A DNA stretch of 63,323 nt, the filler included, from Chiloscyllium plagiosum (Eukaryota), in the NCBI RefSeq assembly GCF_004010195.1. It is 5 parts of one record of this genome, joined end to end, with 100 filler letters (N's around TTAATTAATTAA, not from the genome) between each part and the next. Parts side by side here need not be neighbours in the genome. Positions count along the whole stretch, not along the records: positions 1 to 16,453 come from NC_057713.1; 4 more parts are not named here. One strand, given 5' to 3'. Positions 1-11,433 of this stretch are shown one piece after another. Position numbers and translations under genes: made by a program. The notes under the pieces are model-generated. The model had not been told where the DNA came from, ran no database searches, and saw nothing but the letters and a program-made list of their open reading frames with translations. Positions within the stretch are counted from its first letter, which is position 1. The number at the start of each line of letters is the position of its first letter.

Positions 1-279
1 TAGGCCATTTAGGACAGAGATGAGGAGAAACTTCTTCACCCAGAGAGTGGTGGGTGTATGGAATGTTCTGCCCCAGAAGGCAGTGGAGGCCTATTCTCTG
101 GATTCGTTTAAGAAAGAGTTGGATAGAGCTCTCAAGGATAGTGGAATCAAGGATTATGGAGATAAGGCAGGAACAGGATACTGATTAAGGATGATCAGCC
201 ATGATCATATTGAATGGTGGTGCAGGCTTGAAGGGCTGAATGGCCTACTCCTGCACCTATTGTCTATTGTCTGTTGTCT
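1..279 (+). mobile_element. CR1 LINE 3' end (young subfamily)
   Basis: Encodes the RNFFTQRVV..WN.LP ORF2 C-terminus, followed by a CR1 3' UTR and a (CTATTGT)n tail; truncated by the window edge. Confidence 0.9.
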
Positions 280-394
280 AATATATTTTCAAGTAAAGAT
301 AGTTAGTACCTTGAAGGGAATTTACATGTGATGATGTTTCCATGTACTTCTCGACTAAGTGGTTGTAGATTTGAAAGGTGCTATTGTCAGAGCT

Positions 395-2125
395 TTTATT
401 TAAAAATAAATTTGTGGGTATTCCCAGTTGGGCCAACATTTATTAACTGTTTACTGTTGTCCTTGAGGAAGTGGTGGTGAGCTACCTTCTTGAATTGCTG
501 CAATTCATTGGCTGTAAGACAATAGACAATAGGCAATAGGTGCAGAGTAGGCCATTTTGCCCTTCGAGCCTGCACCACCATTCATTATGATCATGGCTGA
601 TCATCCTCAATCAGTATCCTTATCCTGCTTTATCTCCATAACCCTTGATTCTACTATCTTTGAGAGCTCTATCCAACTCTTTCTTAAACGAATCCAGAGA
701 GTAGGCCTCCACTGCCTTCTGGGGCAGAACATTCCACACAGCCACCACTCTCTGGGTGAAGAAGTTTCTCCTCATCTCTGTCCTAAATGGCCTACCCCTT
801 ATTTTTAAGCTGTGTCCTCTGCTTCGGGACTCACCCATCAGCAGAAACATGTTTCCTGCCTCCAGAGTGTCCAATCCTTTAATAATCTTATATATCTCAA
901 TCATTTCCCCTCTCAGTCTTTTAAACTCAAGGGTATACAAGCCCAGTTGCTCCAATCGTTCAACATAAAATAGTCCCGCCATTCCAGGAATTGACCTCGT
1001 GAACCTATGCTGCACTCCCTCAATAGCCAGAATGTCTTTCCCCAAATTTGGAGACCAGAACTGCACACAATATTCCAGGTGCGGTCTCACCAGGGCCCTG
1101 TACAGCTGCAGAAGAACCTCTTTGCTTCTATACTCAATCCCTCTTGTTAAGAAGGCCAGCATGCTATTAGCCTTCTTCACTACCTGCTGTACCTGCATGC
1201 TTGCCTTCATTGACTGGTGTACAAGAACACCCAGATCTCTTTGTACTGCCCCTTTACCTAACTTGTCTCCATTTAGGTAGGAATCTGCCTTCCTGTTCTT
1301 GCCACCAAAGTGGATAACCATACATTTATCCACATAAAATTCCCTTAAGCAGAGAAATCCAGGATTTTGACCCAATGACAGTGAAGGAATGGCAATATAT
1401 TTCCACATCAGCATAGTGAGTGGCTGGGAGGGGTGGTGTTCCCATGTATATGCTGCACATGCCATGGGTGGAAATGGTCATGGCTATGGAAGGTGCTGTC
1501 TACAGATCTTTGGTGCATTACTGAAGTGCATCTTGTGGATGGTACTAAGCTGTTGCTACTGAGCATTTGTGGATGTGGTATCAATCAAGCTTTGATGGTG
1601 TTAAGCATAATGAGTATTGTTGAAACTTCACTCATCCCGGCATTCCACCGCACTCCTGACTGTGCCTTGTAAATGGTAGATAGGTTTTACAGAGTCAGAA
1701 AGTATAATTAATTTTCAAAAATGGTTAGATTCAGTCTTATTGGAGATGGTCATTGTTTGGCTTTTGTATGAAACAAATGTTACTTATCACTTGTCAGGCT
1801 CAGCCTGGATATTGTCCAAGTCTTGTTGCATTTGGACACAAAGTGCGTCAGTATGTCAGGAGTTGTGAATGCTTCAGCCTTATAATTTACATAGATGAGC
1901 TGGGCTTTCCCATGAGGACATGGATATTTGTGAAACCTCCTCCTGCAGCTGTCCACCACAATTGGATGTGGCAGGACTTCTTACCTTATATCTGATCAAT
2001 TGGATTGGAATTGCTTAGCTTTATCTATCCCTTGCTGCTTCTATTGTATTGCACACAAATAATCTTATGTTGTATTTTTGTCAGGTTGAAACCTCATTTT
2101 TAGATATGCATCGTGCTGCACCTGC
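395..2125 (-). mobile_element. Decayed CR1/Zenon-like LINE 3' region, interrupted by the CR1 at 515-1335
   Basis: LQQFKKVAHHHFLK and WKYIAIPSLSLGQNPG motifs; same family as 24740-25380 and 45870-46460. Confidence 0.65.
515..1335 (-). mobile_element. CR1 LINE 3' ~820 bp, same subfamily as 1-279
   Basis: ORF 620-1465 contains [19 protein letters not shown] and RNFFTQRVV; (CTATTGT)n tail at 515-540. Confidence 0.92.
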
Positions 2126-2135
2126 CTTCCTGACT

Positions 2136-2300
2136 GATGTCCTGGCAAATATTCCTCTCTCAACCACCATCAATAAAGCAAATTATCTGACTGTTGTCAT
2201 AATGTCATTTGTGTAGTGCTTGGTGTGTGTGTATGCCATAAGGATATAATTGGCTGTAAACATTGTGAAGGTGTTAGATAATTTATAGCCTTTCTTTCTT
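2136..2300 (+). mobile_element. Deu-domain SINE fragment (3' half)
   Basis: gtcctggcaaatattcctctctcaaccaccatc...attggctgtaaa...ctttctttc matches the DeuSINE 3' consensus as I recall it. Confidence 0.55.
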
Positions 2301-2629
2301 TGACTGCCAATGTTAACTAACTTTGTTTTTAAATTACTAGTAATAAATTTTAAGGAATTTGTAGCATTTTCAAATTCTGACACTAAAAACAATTCTGATT
2401 ATATATGGTTAAAAGCGTACAGGTAATTCTGGCAAAGGGCCCAGTCTTAACTTATTATGTGACTGTGTCTTTAGGCATCTGCCTCAGCCTGTAGGAACCT
2501 GAATAAACAGATATTTTAGGATAAATTATGTTCTTCTGACATGCTGATTGAAATGCACTACATAGTTGTCTAATCTTGCTTTACCAACTTTTTGTCCTGT
2601 AGCATAGTTTGTAACAGAGGCAGAATATT

Positions 2630-2965
2630 GCTGAAAGTTGTTGAATCTTTACATCTTGCACTTGTCAGGACAAATGAAAGAATGCCAAATTTTAGATTTT
2701 ACTCTAATTGGCTGAGGTGTCTCCATCAAATGGCAATGGGGAAACTATAGGCCTCTTGAGCTCCTGGGTATGTCCAAAAAGGCATAAGTCTTGAACATTT
2801 TCTTTTGTTGCCATTGGATGGATCTTTGAGTATGAATGTATATTGCTTCTAGTAAGTATAACTGAGCCAAATAATGAACTCAACAGGTTATTTTGAATTG
2901 ATTATTAGTGCAACTATTAGTGCATTATGGATTGTTCAGCGAGTGATGCCCAATAATTGAATCAT
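2630..2965 (-). mobile_element. Old Penelope-like element, GIY-YIG C-terminus plus 3' UTR
   Basis: Minus-strand translation DSIIGHHSLNNP*C...QFKI...AQLYLLEAIYIHTQ; paralogous to 30230-30550. Confidence 0.6.
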
Positions 2966-3194
2966 GACTATCAGTACACATTTTGTTTTGAGTTCTGCAA
3001 GTACGGCCTTTTATGAAATCTGTTGGCATTTATGGCCTATATCACTGGCATTTCAAAATGTCAACTATTAATTGGGATTCCAGGTTTAGGCTTCACTTAT
3101 TCAACAACCTTGAATACTCTAATAGCTACACTAACAATCATTATAGGTAAACAATCAAACTTGTGACATGGCTCATTGGTGCTTGCTCAAAGTG

Positions 3195-3879
3195 ACATAT
3201 ATTCATATATGACAAAAATAAAAGAGGAATGGTGGCTTGACCACAGCTTATACAATGAATAAAAGTTAGCATTAAAGACAAAGAGGAGACATATAAAATT
3301 ACCAGAAAAAACAGTAAGTCTGAAGATTAGTAGCATTTTAGAATTCAGCAGAAGAAGACAAAACGTTTGATAAAGAGGGGAAAAATAGAGTATGAGAGTA
3401 AAATTGTAGGAAGCATAAAAATTGACACCATAAACACTTCTATAAATATATAAACAAAGAAATGATAGAAGAATTGAACATAACCCTTGGTTCTGTCTTC
3501 GCAGAAGATGACAGAAATAACACTCCATAAATGTTGGAGAATCAGGTGTGAAAAATTGAAAGGTAAAACAAAAAATAATAAAAATAAGAAGTCCTATTCA
3601 AATGATGAAATATTGGGAAATGTGGATGTGCAAAGAGAAATGGGTGTCCTTGTATGTCAATCATTAAAAATAGACAGGCAGCTGCAGCATACAATTAGAA
3701 AGGCAAGATAATTTGAGTTTAGAAGTAGAGATGTCTCACTGCAGTGACATAGGGCCTTAGTAAGACCAGACTTAGACCATTCTGTGTGGTTTTGGTCTCC
3801 CAACCTAAGAAAGGATATATTTGCCAGAAGGGATAGAAGAATCACTAGATTGACACCAGAGATGGCAGCACTCTCATAT
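3195..3879 (+). mobile_element. Decayed, internally deleted CR1 ORF2
   Basis: Remnants NVDVQREMGVLV and VWFWSPNLRKDI with stops and frameshifts. Confidence 0.75.
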
Positions 3880-3976
3880 GAGTCGAGAGCGTGGAGCTGG
3901 AACAGCACAGCAGGTCAGGCAGCATTCGAGGAGCAGGGGAATCGACCTTTTGGGGATAAGGCCGTCATCAGGAATG

Positions 3977-3978
<2 letters not shown>
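3880..3978 (-). mobile_element. PLE 3' pseudo-LTR fragment with degenerate hammerhead core
   Basis: Minus strand attcctgatgacggccttatccccaaaaggtcgattcccctgctcctcgaatgctgcctgacctgctgtgc; same family as 20236, 24830, 46470 and 62165. Confidence 0.7.

Positions 3979-4018
<40 letters not shown>
3979..4018. repeat. (GT)n microsatellite
   Basis: About 20 uninterrupted GT units. Confidence 0.95.
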
Positions 4019-4019
<1 letters not shown>

Positions 4020-4020
<1 letters not shown>

Positions 4021-4662
4021 TCTGCGTGAGCACGGAATTCAATGCAGACAGCAGCATCGTAATCGTCTGTAGCTTGACTAACGTGGGCCTGTCAGAGTAA
4101 GCCTTCTTGGCTGCCTTCAGCTGTGCTTTGAGGAGATGTTGCAGTTCGCCCTTCTGCTGCCTTCTACTGGCAGATTAGGAAATAACTAACCCCCTGTCAT
4201 AGATTTTGGCAGTTTCCCAATGGACAGACGGGCTACTAACTAAACCTGAATTAATGCCTAGGAACGCCCAAAATTCCCTGGAGAAGTACTCCACAAACTT
4301 GTTATCTTTAAGGATAAAGGAATCCATTCGCCAGTGCCCAAGTCAAACCACTCCAGATGATAAAAAAGGAACTGCCACTCAATTCTGTCAAATGCCTTCT
4401 CTGCATCTCAAGTAACGTCCTGAATCTTAACCAGCAGGTACATTAGGGCGTGTTTGGAGATGGTAATATTACCAATCGTACACGATGCCACCGAGTCCAA
4501 GGTTGCCATGGGGATCAGAAAAAAAACTATTCATGGTGTAACATATGTGTGGTTTGGAAAAAAAACATAAAATCCCTGCCTGAAGGGTGTATATGCCTGC
4601 GGACATCCACCAACCCTAACTCCACACACAGATCCACTAATTGTTTAGTTTGTGCAGAGGGA
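4020..4662 (-). mobile_element. L1-clade LINE ORF2 fragment (APE endonuclease end, linker and a displaced RT piece)
   Basis: Minus-strand translations LVDLCVELGLVDVRRHIHPSGRDF, IGNITISKHAL, DAEKAFDRIEWQFLF, HWRMDSFILKD and WETAKIYDRGLVIS*SAS. Confidence 0.8.
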
Positions 4663-4689
4663 ACTGGGGGGGGGGGGGGGGGGGCGGCG

Positions 4690-4975
4690 GTTCTGTCCTT
4701 GTTGTGTTGTGAAAGGTGAGGTTCAAAGATGGAAGTGTGGGAAGTGGAGGAGATGTGCTGGAGGGCAACGTCAACCATGTGGGAGTGGAAATTGCGGTTT
4801 TTGAAGAAGGAGGCCATCTGTGATTTTCAATGGTGGAATTGATTATCCTGGGAACAGATACAGTGGAGGTGGAGGAATTGAGAAGAAGGGATGGCATTTA
4901 TCCAGGAGACAGGGCGGGAGAAGGTGTATTCCAGTTAGCTGTGGGAGTCCATGGGTTTGTAGTAGATGTCCATGG
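4690..4975 (-). mobile_element. Penelope-like RT C-terminal/linker fragment
   Basis: DIYYKPMDSHS...NAIPSSQFLHLHCICSQD and MASFFKNRNF...ALQHISSTS...NKDRT, typical of PLE RT thumb regions. Confidence 0.8.
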
Positions 4976-6884
4976 TTACTTGGTAGTTGGGGTCCATCTC
5001 CATCTCCTGTGCCCACAACTATTTTTAATCTGTCAACCAGGATTCCATGATTAACAGATTCAACAGGGAACTGATATTCTATGAGGTATACCTGGCTGAC
5101 CTCATTACAATCACTACAGAACTCAGTGCTGAGCAATACTGGGGTTCCTCCTTCACTGTTCCAATAAACACTGTCCTTTACTCTCCACTCAGGCAACTGC
5201 TAGATGAACTGAGAAATAAATGTTATCTTTGTCTAGTGATTTGTGTAAGAATTACCCTCTGAGGAGGTGCTACAAGGAACTAACCTCTATTTGTACAATG
5301 TAATCATTTACCTTTATGCAATAAATGCATTAAATAATTCCTTTCTTCATCATTATCTCATTACAGATTTTGTTCAGAACATTTTTCTAATCCTCTCCAT
5401 GTGTTTAGTATCTGAACCTAGACTTTTCAAAGTCCTGAAAATGTTGCTTAGGTAGCCAGATTGAAAACAGATGCCAGAAAGCAGATACAGAAGCACTGCA
5501 ACGTTATATTGTTTTTAAGAATTGTGATTACTTTGGTACTTATTCACTGCCATTTTATTGAACGTTCTATTCCTGCTGATTGCTGTAAGCTGAGACAGGT
5601 GTATCATTTTTACCCTGTGTCCACTTTTCTAATTTTGTATTCAGGTTGAGACTGCAAAACGTCTGATAACCATAGGCTTCCTTTCTTGTGCCCAATTCAC
5701 ATTTGGGCTGTCGTTTACTCGGTTGGAATGCTTCAATGGTCTTCTCAGTTGGTGATTAGATGCTAGTCGAAATTACATCACTGCAATAAAAAGTTCTTAG
5801 AGCACTCTCTGCAGCTACATGGTGAATACTCTTTGTTCACTAGAAAGCAACTGGAATTCTGAGTTCCTTAAAATTCCATTCATGATCATTTGTCCAGTGA
5901 TCCCTGATTGGAAAATGCCAGATGATGTGGCATACCTCTCTATCAACATTGACTATGCTCAGATAGATAACATAATGAAAGACTTCTTTAACCCATGGAA
6001 CTAAAAGTCTGCAGGATTTGGAAAAGTATTTGCAATACAGTTCCATTCTAATTCCAGAAGTGATTATAAAACATATTTGTGCTGAGCTGAAATTGTTCCA
6101 ACATGAAGCATACGCCTGACTTTCTTTCGTGCCAACTTGATCTTAGCTTTTGTGTGACAGTAAAAGTGAAATTCAAAGTTCCATGATGATTTTATTGCTT
6201 TACCATCAAATGCATAAATATCAATAGCATTTAAAATCATATTACAAGCATCTGTCATGTACTGCATCTCAGTCATACTATAAAGACTGCATTTAGTTCC
6301 AATCAAGATGAGCTATAGTGAACTTGTTCATCCATGGCTTGTATTGGCAGCTGCCCAGTTTCATTTAAGTGTAGAAATTTAAATTACCAGCACATTCCTT
6401 TCCTGAATTTTCTTTTCCTATAACTGAAGATTTCAATCAGGTGTTAGACTAGTCCCATTATAAGTGCCTTTCTTCAAAGAGACCTTGAGAAGTAAAGTCT
6501 TTTAATTCTAAATTAGAAATGGAGTAAATCATTCCATACTGTTTATTCTTCATATGGGTAAATTTCCAGACATTGTATGAACAGGAGTATAAACATGACA
6601 CAGCCATTTATATATGTAAAATATATATGCCAGGAATTGCAATGCTAAGGCAAGTAATATGTGCATAGTCGAATCAAATATGCAGCTAGAGCCATGAACA
6701 AAAGGGGAAAACTGACTATGGTCCATTGTTGGAACAGGATGTTAATATCCATAAAATGAGTTGCAGAACTGAAGCCAATCTTCATATGTTTATATTTATT
6801 TACAGAGTTATACATTTGAAACATGCACCTCTGAATCCAGTTCATCTTTAATCTGAGTCTGTTCATAGATATTATTAGGCTTTT

Positions 6885-7458
6885 GCAAGGTTTGTGAAGG
6901 TTTGTAGCTCAGGTTGAGGTTTAGGGTGTAGGTTTGTATAGGTTTGATATCCAGACATTTCATTACCTGGCCAGGTAACATCATCAGTGGCGACCTCCAA
7001 GTGAAGCGAAGCTGTTGTCTCCTGCTTTCTATTTATATGTTTGTCCTGGATGGGGTTCCTGGGGTTTGTGGTGATGTCATTTACTGTTCGTTTTTCTGAG
7101 GGGTTGATAGATGGTGTCTAGATCTATGTGTTTGTTTATGGCGTTGTGGTTGGAGTGCCAGGCCTCTAGGAATTCTCTGGCATGTCTTTGCTTAGCCTGT
7201 CCCAGGATAGATGTGTTCTCCCAGTCAAAATGGTGGTCCCAGTACAACCCATGGACAAAACCAACGTCATCTACAAAATTCCATGCAAGAACTGCCATAA
7301 ACACTACATAGGACAAACAGGAAGAAAGTTAGCCACCAGGATACATGAACACCAGGTAGCCACAAAAAGACACGACCCTCTCTCCCTCGTAGCCCTACAC
7401 ACGGATGCAAAAAAAAAACACCATTTCGACTGGGACAACACATCTATCCTGGGACAGT
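6885..7458 (-). mobile_element. Penelope-like element 3' end with GIY-YIG endonuclease and 5' inversion
   Basis: Plus-strand 7237-7458 encodes VIYKIPCKNCHKHYIGQTGRKLATRIHEH; minus-strand 7236-6885 encodes HHFDWENTSILGQAKQRHAREFLEAWHS plus the pLTR. Confidence 0.9.
6954..6987 (-). ncRNA. Minimal hammerhead ribozyme motif in PLE pLTR
   Basis: cca-CUGAUGA-uguuaccuggccagguaau-GAAA-uguc-ugg: palindromic stem II and 3-bp stem I (cca/ugg). Confidence 0.65.
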
Positions 7459-8039
7459 CATGAGTGTAGTTGAATATTTCCAACTTTTCTGGATGAATGC
7501 AGCTCCAAGAACACTGAAGAAGCTCAATACCATCCAGGACAAAGCAGTCCATTTCATTGACTCAAGATGTACAAGCATTTATTTGCTCCACTATAAAAGG
7601 TGCAGTCATTAGTGAACAACCCACTTCTGACCTTATGATGAAGCAGCTGAAGACAGTTTGGTCAAGGACACTACCCTGAGGAATTCCAGCAGAGATGTCT
7701 AGGAGCTGAACTGATTAACCACCAGCAACTACAACAATTTCCTTTGTGTTAGATATGATTTCAACCTGCAGGGAGTTTGCCTGTGTTTAAACTAAGGCTG
7801 TAATGAGATCATGAACTGAATAACCCAAGACAAAAGCTAATAATGAGCAAGTGTTGTTGACAGCGCTGTTGATGACATCTTTCATCACTTTACTGATAAT
7901 GTACTGATGATTCTCTTCTGAGGAAGTCATATTTGGCTCAAAACATTACCTTTGTTTTATTCTGCACAGATACTGCCAGACCTGCTCAGTTTCTCCAGCA
8001 CTCCCTGTTTTTATTTGAACTACCTGACAATTTGGCATT

Positions 8040-8237
8040 GGGTAAATAAAGTAAGGGAGTTAAATATGTGGCTTGAAGATTGGAGAGGAGGGAAAGGGTT
8101 TCAATTCATGGGGTATTGGCACCAATACTGAGGTAGAAGGGAGTTGTTCTGGTCAGACAGGCTTCACTTGCACTGTGCTGGGAGCAATGTCTTAGTGAAT
8201 TGAATAACTCAGGCTGCAGAGAAAGCCTTAAACTAAT
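8040..8237 (+). mobile_element. CR1 ORF1 SGNH-esterase C-terminal remnant
   Basis: LNMWLEDW..GKGFQFMGYWHQY*GRRELFWSDRLHL...ALN*. Confidence 0.7.
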
Positions 8238-9302
8238 TGGAGGGAGGAAAGCTTGGGAGGGGGAAACATAGGTTTGCAAAACAAAAAGTGGTCACAATTT
8301 CAAGATTGTCAGCAAGAGAGGTAGGAATGAGATGATGAGAAACTTCTTTACTCAGAGAATTGTTTGGATTTGGAAAGTGCTGCCTGGGAAAGTGGTGGAT
8401 GTAGATTCAATAGGACATTTCAAAAGAGAGCTGGATATACATTTGAAAATAATGAATTGAGAAAGCTATGGAAATAGGGCTAGAGAATTGAACAAAGAGT
8501 TTAAAGACAGATATAGGCAGTTTAAGTTAGCAGGCAAAAACTTGAGAGATGAAATATAATGTGACAAAATGTTAAGTTATGCACTTTGGCAGGAAGAATA
8601 GAAGAACTGAATATTTTTTAAATTGAGAAAGATTACAAAAAGCTGCAATACAGAGTGATTTTGGAGTCCTCATACATGAATCACAGTTTAAGAATATGGG
8701 GCCACTTAGGAGATTGGGGAACCTTGTTGAATTCTCTGCCACAGAAAGTGGTTAAGGTCAAAGCATTGAATATTTTCAGGAAGGTGTCAGAAATGGTATC
8801 TAGAATCATTGAATATACAATATAAGAGGAGGCCATTTGGCCCATCGTGTCCATACTGGCCTCTGAAGGACCTACCCAGATAGTCCTATTCTCTAGCACT
8901 ATTCCCAAAGCCCTTTAAATTCATCTGTTTCAAATATATATGCAAGTCTCTTTTGAAACACCTCAGGAATCTGCCTTCCAGGCGGCACATTCCAAATCCT
9001 AACAACTCTCTAAGTAAAGAATTTTCTCCTCATTTCACATCTAGCTGTCTTGCTGACCATTATGAAATTGTGACCTCAAGTTTCTGATACATTAACTAAT
9101 GGAAACAGAATAATCTTCTTTACTTTGGGTTCCCATGGTTGTTTTTACTTTTGTGCCATAGTGAGCAATTTCACCTTTTCCCAAACTTTACTCCATTTTA
9201 GTCCATTCACTCAATCTATCTACATCTGTCTGCTATCTGCTTGATCTCCTTCACGACATACTTTCTTGCCTTTCTTGGTGTCAACTGCAAATTTGGAATA
9301 TC

Positions 9303-9851
9303 CTTTATTGTCACATGTACTTCAGCACCGAAGGACAGGAGTACAGTGAAAAGGTTTTACAATGGCTGCCTCCAATGGTGCCATCTTAGGTGCAAGTACC
9401 TAGATACAAACCTTGGACACAGAAGAGGAATAAAAGAAAGAGTAGTAGCATTACTCACAGCATCTAAAATAAGTTAGAAATAAGATAGTTAAAGGATTGA
9501 CATTACATTGTAGCAGCTCAGTGAGCATGTGGTCTAACCACCCGTGCCAGGCCCCAATCTAACAACCGTCCTGCTCTGCTGCAAGCCTCTAGTCTGCTGC
9601 GCACCAGCACTCAGCTGTACCAAGGCCATTTGTGCTGCTCCAGGGCTCTGGCTTCCCATCTCACTGTTCCAGAACTCAAGTTTCCCATTGCGCTACTCTG
9701 GGTCTTGGGTTTCCCCTCATGCTGCTCAGGGACAGCCTCTCTGTGCAGTACTCCAGGAACTGTTAAAAAGAGAGTTAAAAAAAGAAAGGAAATAAAAAGG
9801 AATGGAGAGCAGAGGAGCTCCAGGTGGAGCATCCTATCCTGCCACCATCTA
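9303..9851 (-). mobile_element. Non-coding retroelement with Rex/Babar-type 3' tail
   Basis: Minus strand ends ttttcactgtac...tacatgtgacaataaa, the tail seen at 37635-37670; body non-coding; similar layout to 17525-18195. Confidence 0.45.
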
Positions 9852-10473
9852 TGATATTATGCTTTTATAGATGTATATTATAGATATTATGCTTTTGCTC
9901 CTGCATCTAAGTTATTGGTATAAATCGAGAATGATCATGCTCCTAGAAGAACTCGACTCATCACATCCTGCCAATCAAAGATCCAATTATATATACTTTC
10001 TGTTTTCTGCTAGCAGCCAATCTTCTATCCATGCTAATATGTTATTTCCTGAATATCTTCTGCAATAGCCTTTGAAATAGCACTTTGCCAAATGCCTTCT
10101 GGTAATCCAGGTTTAATATGTCTACAGGCTTCTATTTATCCACAGCATGTGTAATTCCTTCAACAAACTCTAATGAATTGGTGAAACACAATTTCCCTTC
10201 AATTACACCATGCTGATTCTTCCTGATTACCTTGAGTTTTTTGAAGTGAGCAGTTATATCTTTCCTGAATCTAGCGAACGTTGGAGCACGAACTCCAGCA
10301 CATCTACCTCATATAAGGTTCTGAGAGGGTTTGAAAGGATAAATGTTGAGAAAATGTTTCCACTTCAAGAACTGCAAAATTTCAGAAGTTTAGTATGCAG
10401 GTGATACAAGTCTTTAAGAAAGCTATCAGAATATTATTATTTGTTGCAAGGAAAATTGAATATGATATATGAC

Positions 10474-11433
10474 TTATAAATGACTTGGATGAGGAGGTTG
10501 AGGGGTGGGTTAGTAAATTTGCAGATGACACAAAGGTTGGAGGTGTCATCGATAGTATAGAGGGCTACCGCAGGCTGCAGTGCGACATAGACAGGATGCA
10601 GAGCTGGGCTGAGAAATGGCAGATAGAGTTCAACCAGGATAAATGTAAAGTAATGCATTTTGGAAGGTCAAACTCGAATGCTGAATATAGGATTAAAGAC
10701 AAGATTCTTGGCAGTGTGGAGGAACAGAGGGATCTGGGTGTGCAAGTACATAAATCCCTCAGAGCTGCCACCCAAGTGGATAGGGTTGTCAAGAAAGCAT
10801 ATGGTGTTGGCTTTCATTAACAGGGGTATTGAGTTTAAGAGCCGTGAGGTTTTGCTGCAGCTCACCAAGTTCCTGGTGAGACCACACTTGGAATATTGTG
10901 TCCAGTTCTGGTCGCCCTACTATAGGAAAGATACAGAGGCTTTGGAGAGGGTGCAAAGAAGGTTTACCAGGATGTTGCCTGGACTGGAGGGCTTGCCTTA
11001 TGAAGAAAGGTTGAATAAGCTCAGACTTTTTCTCTGGAGAAAATGAGGAAGAGAGGAGACCTGTTCGAGGTGTACAAAATAATGAGAGGAATAAATAGAG
11101 TCAATAGCCAGAGAGGGCTTTTTCCCCAGGGCAGGATTGACTGGTACAAGAAGTCATAGTTTGAAGATATTAGGAGGAAGGTAAAAAGGAGACATCAGAG
11201 GTAGGTTCTTTATGCAGAGAGTTGTGAATGCATGGAATGCATTGCCAGCTGTGGTGGTGGAAACAGAGTCATTGGGAACATCTTGCGACTGCTGGACATG
11301 CACATGGATAGCAGTGAGTTGAGGGGTGCGTAGGTTAAGTTACTATATTTTACATTAGGATTAAGTCTTGGCACAACATTGTGGGCCTGAGGGCCTGTTC
11401 TGTGCCGTACTGTTCTATGTTCTATGTTCTATG
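10474..11433 (+). mobile_element. 5'-truncated CR1 LINE
   Basis: [23 protein letters not shown] and a (TGTTCTA)n tail. Confidence 0.92.

Noticed and set aside
5000..5130. SVNHGILVDRLKIVVG on the minus strand, resembling an L2 RT motif
   Set aside because: Too short and degenerate to call with confidence.
5819..6004. 61-aa ORF with a protein-like look
   Set aside because: No recognisable family and no convincing splice context; cannot be distinguished from chance or a decayed transposon.
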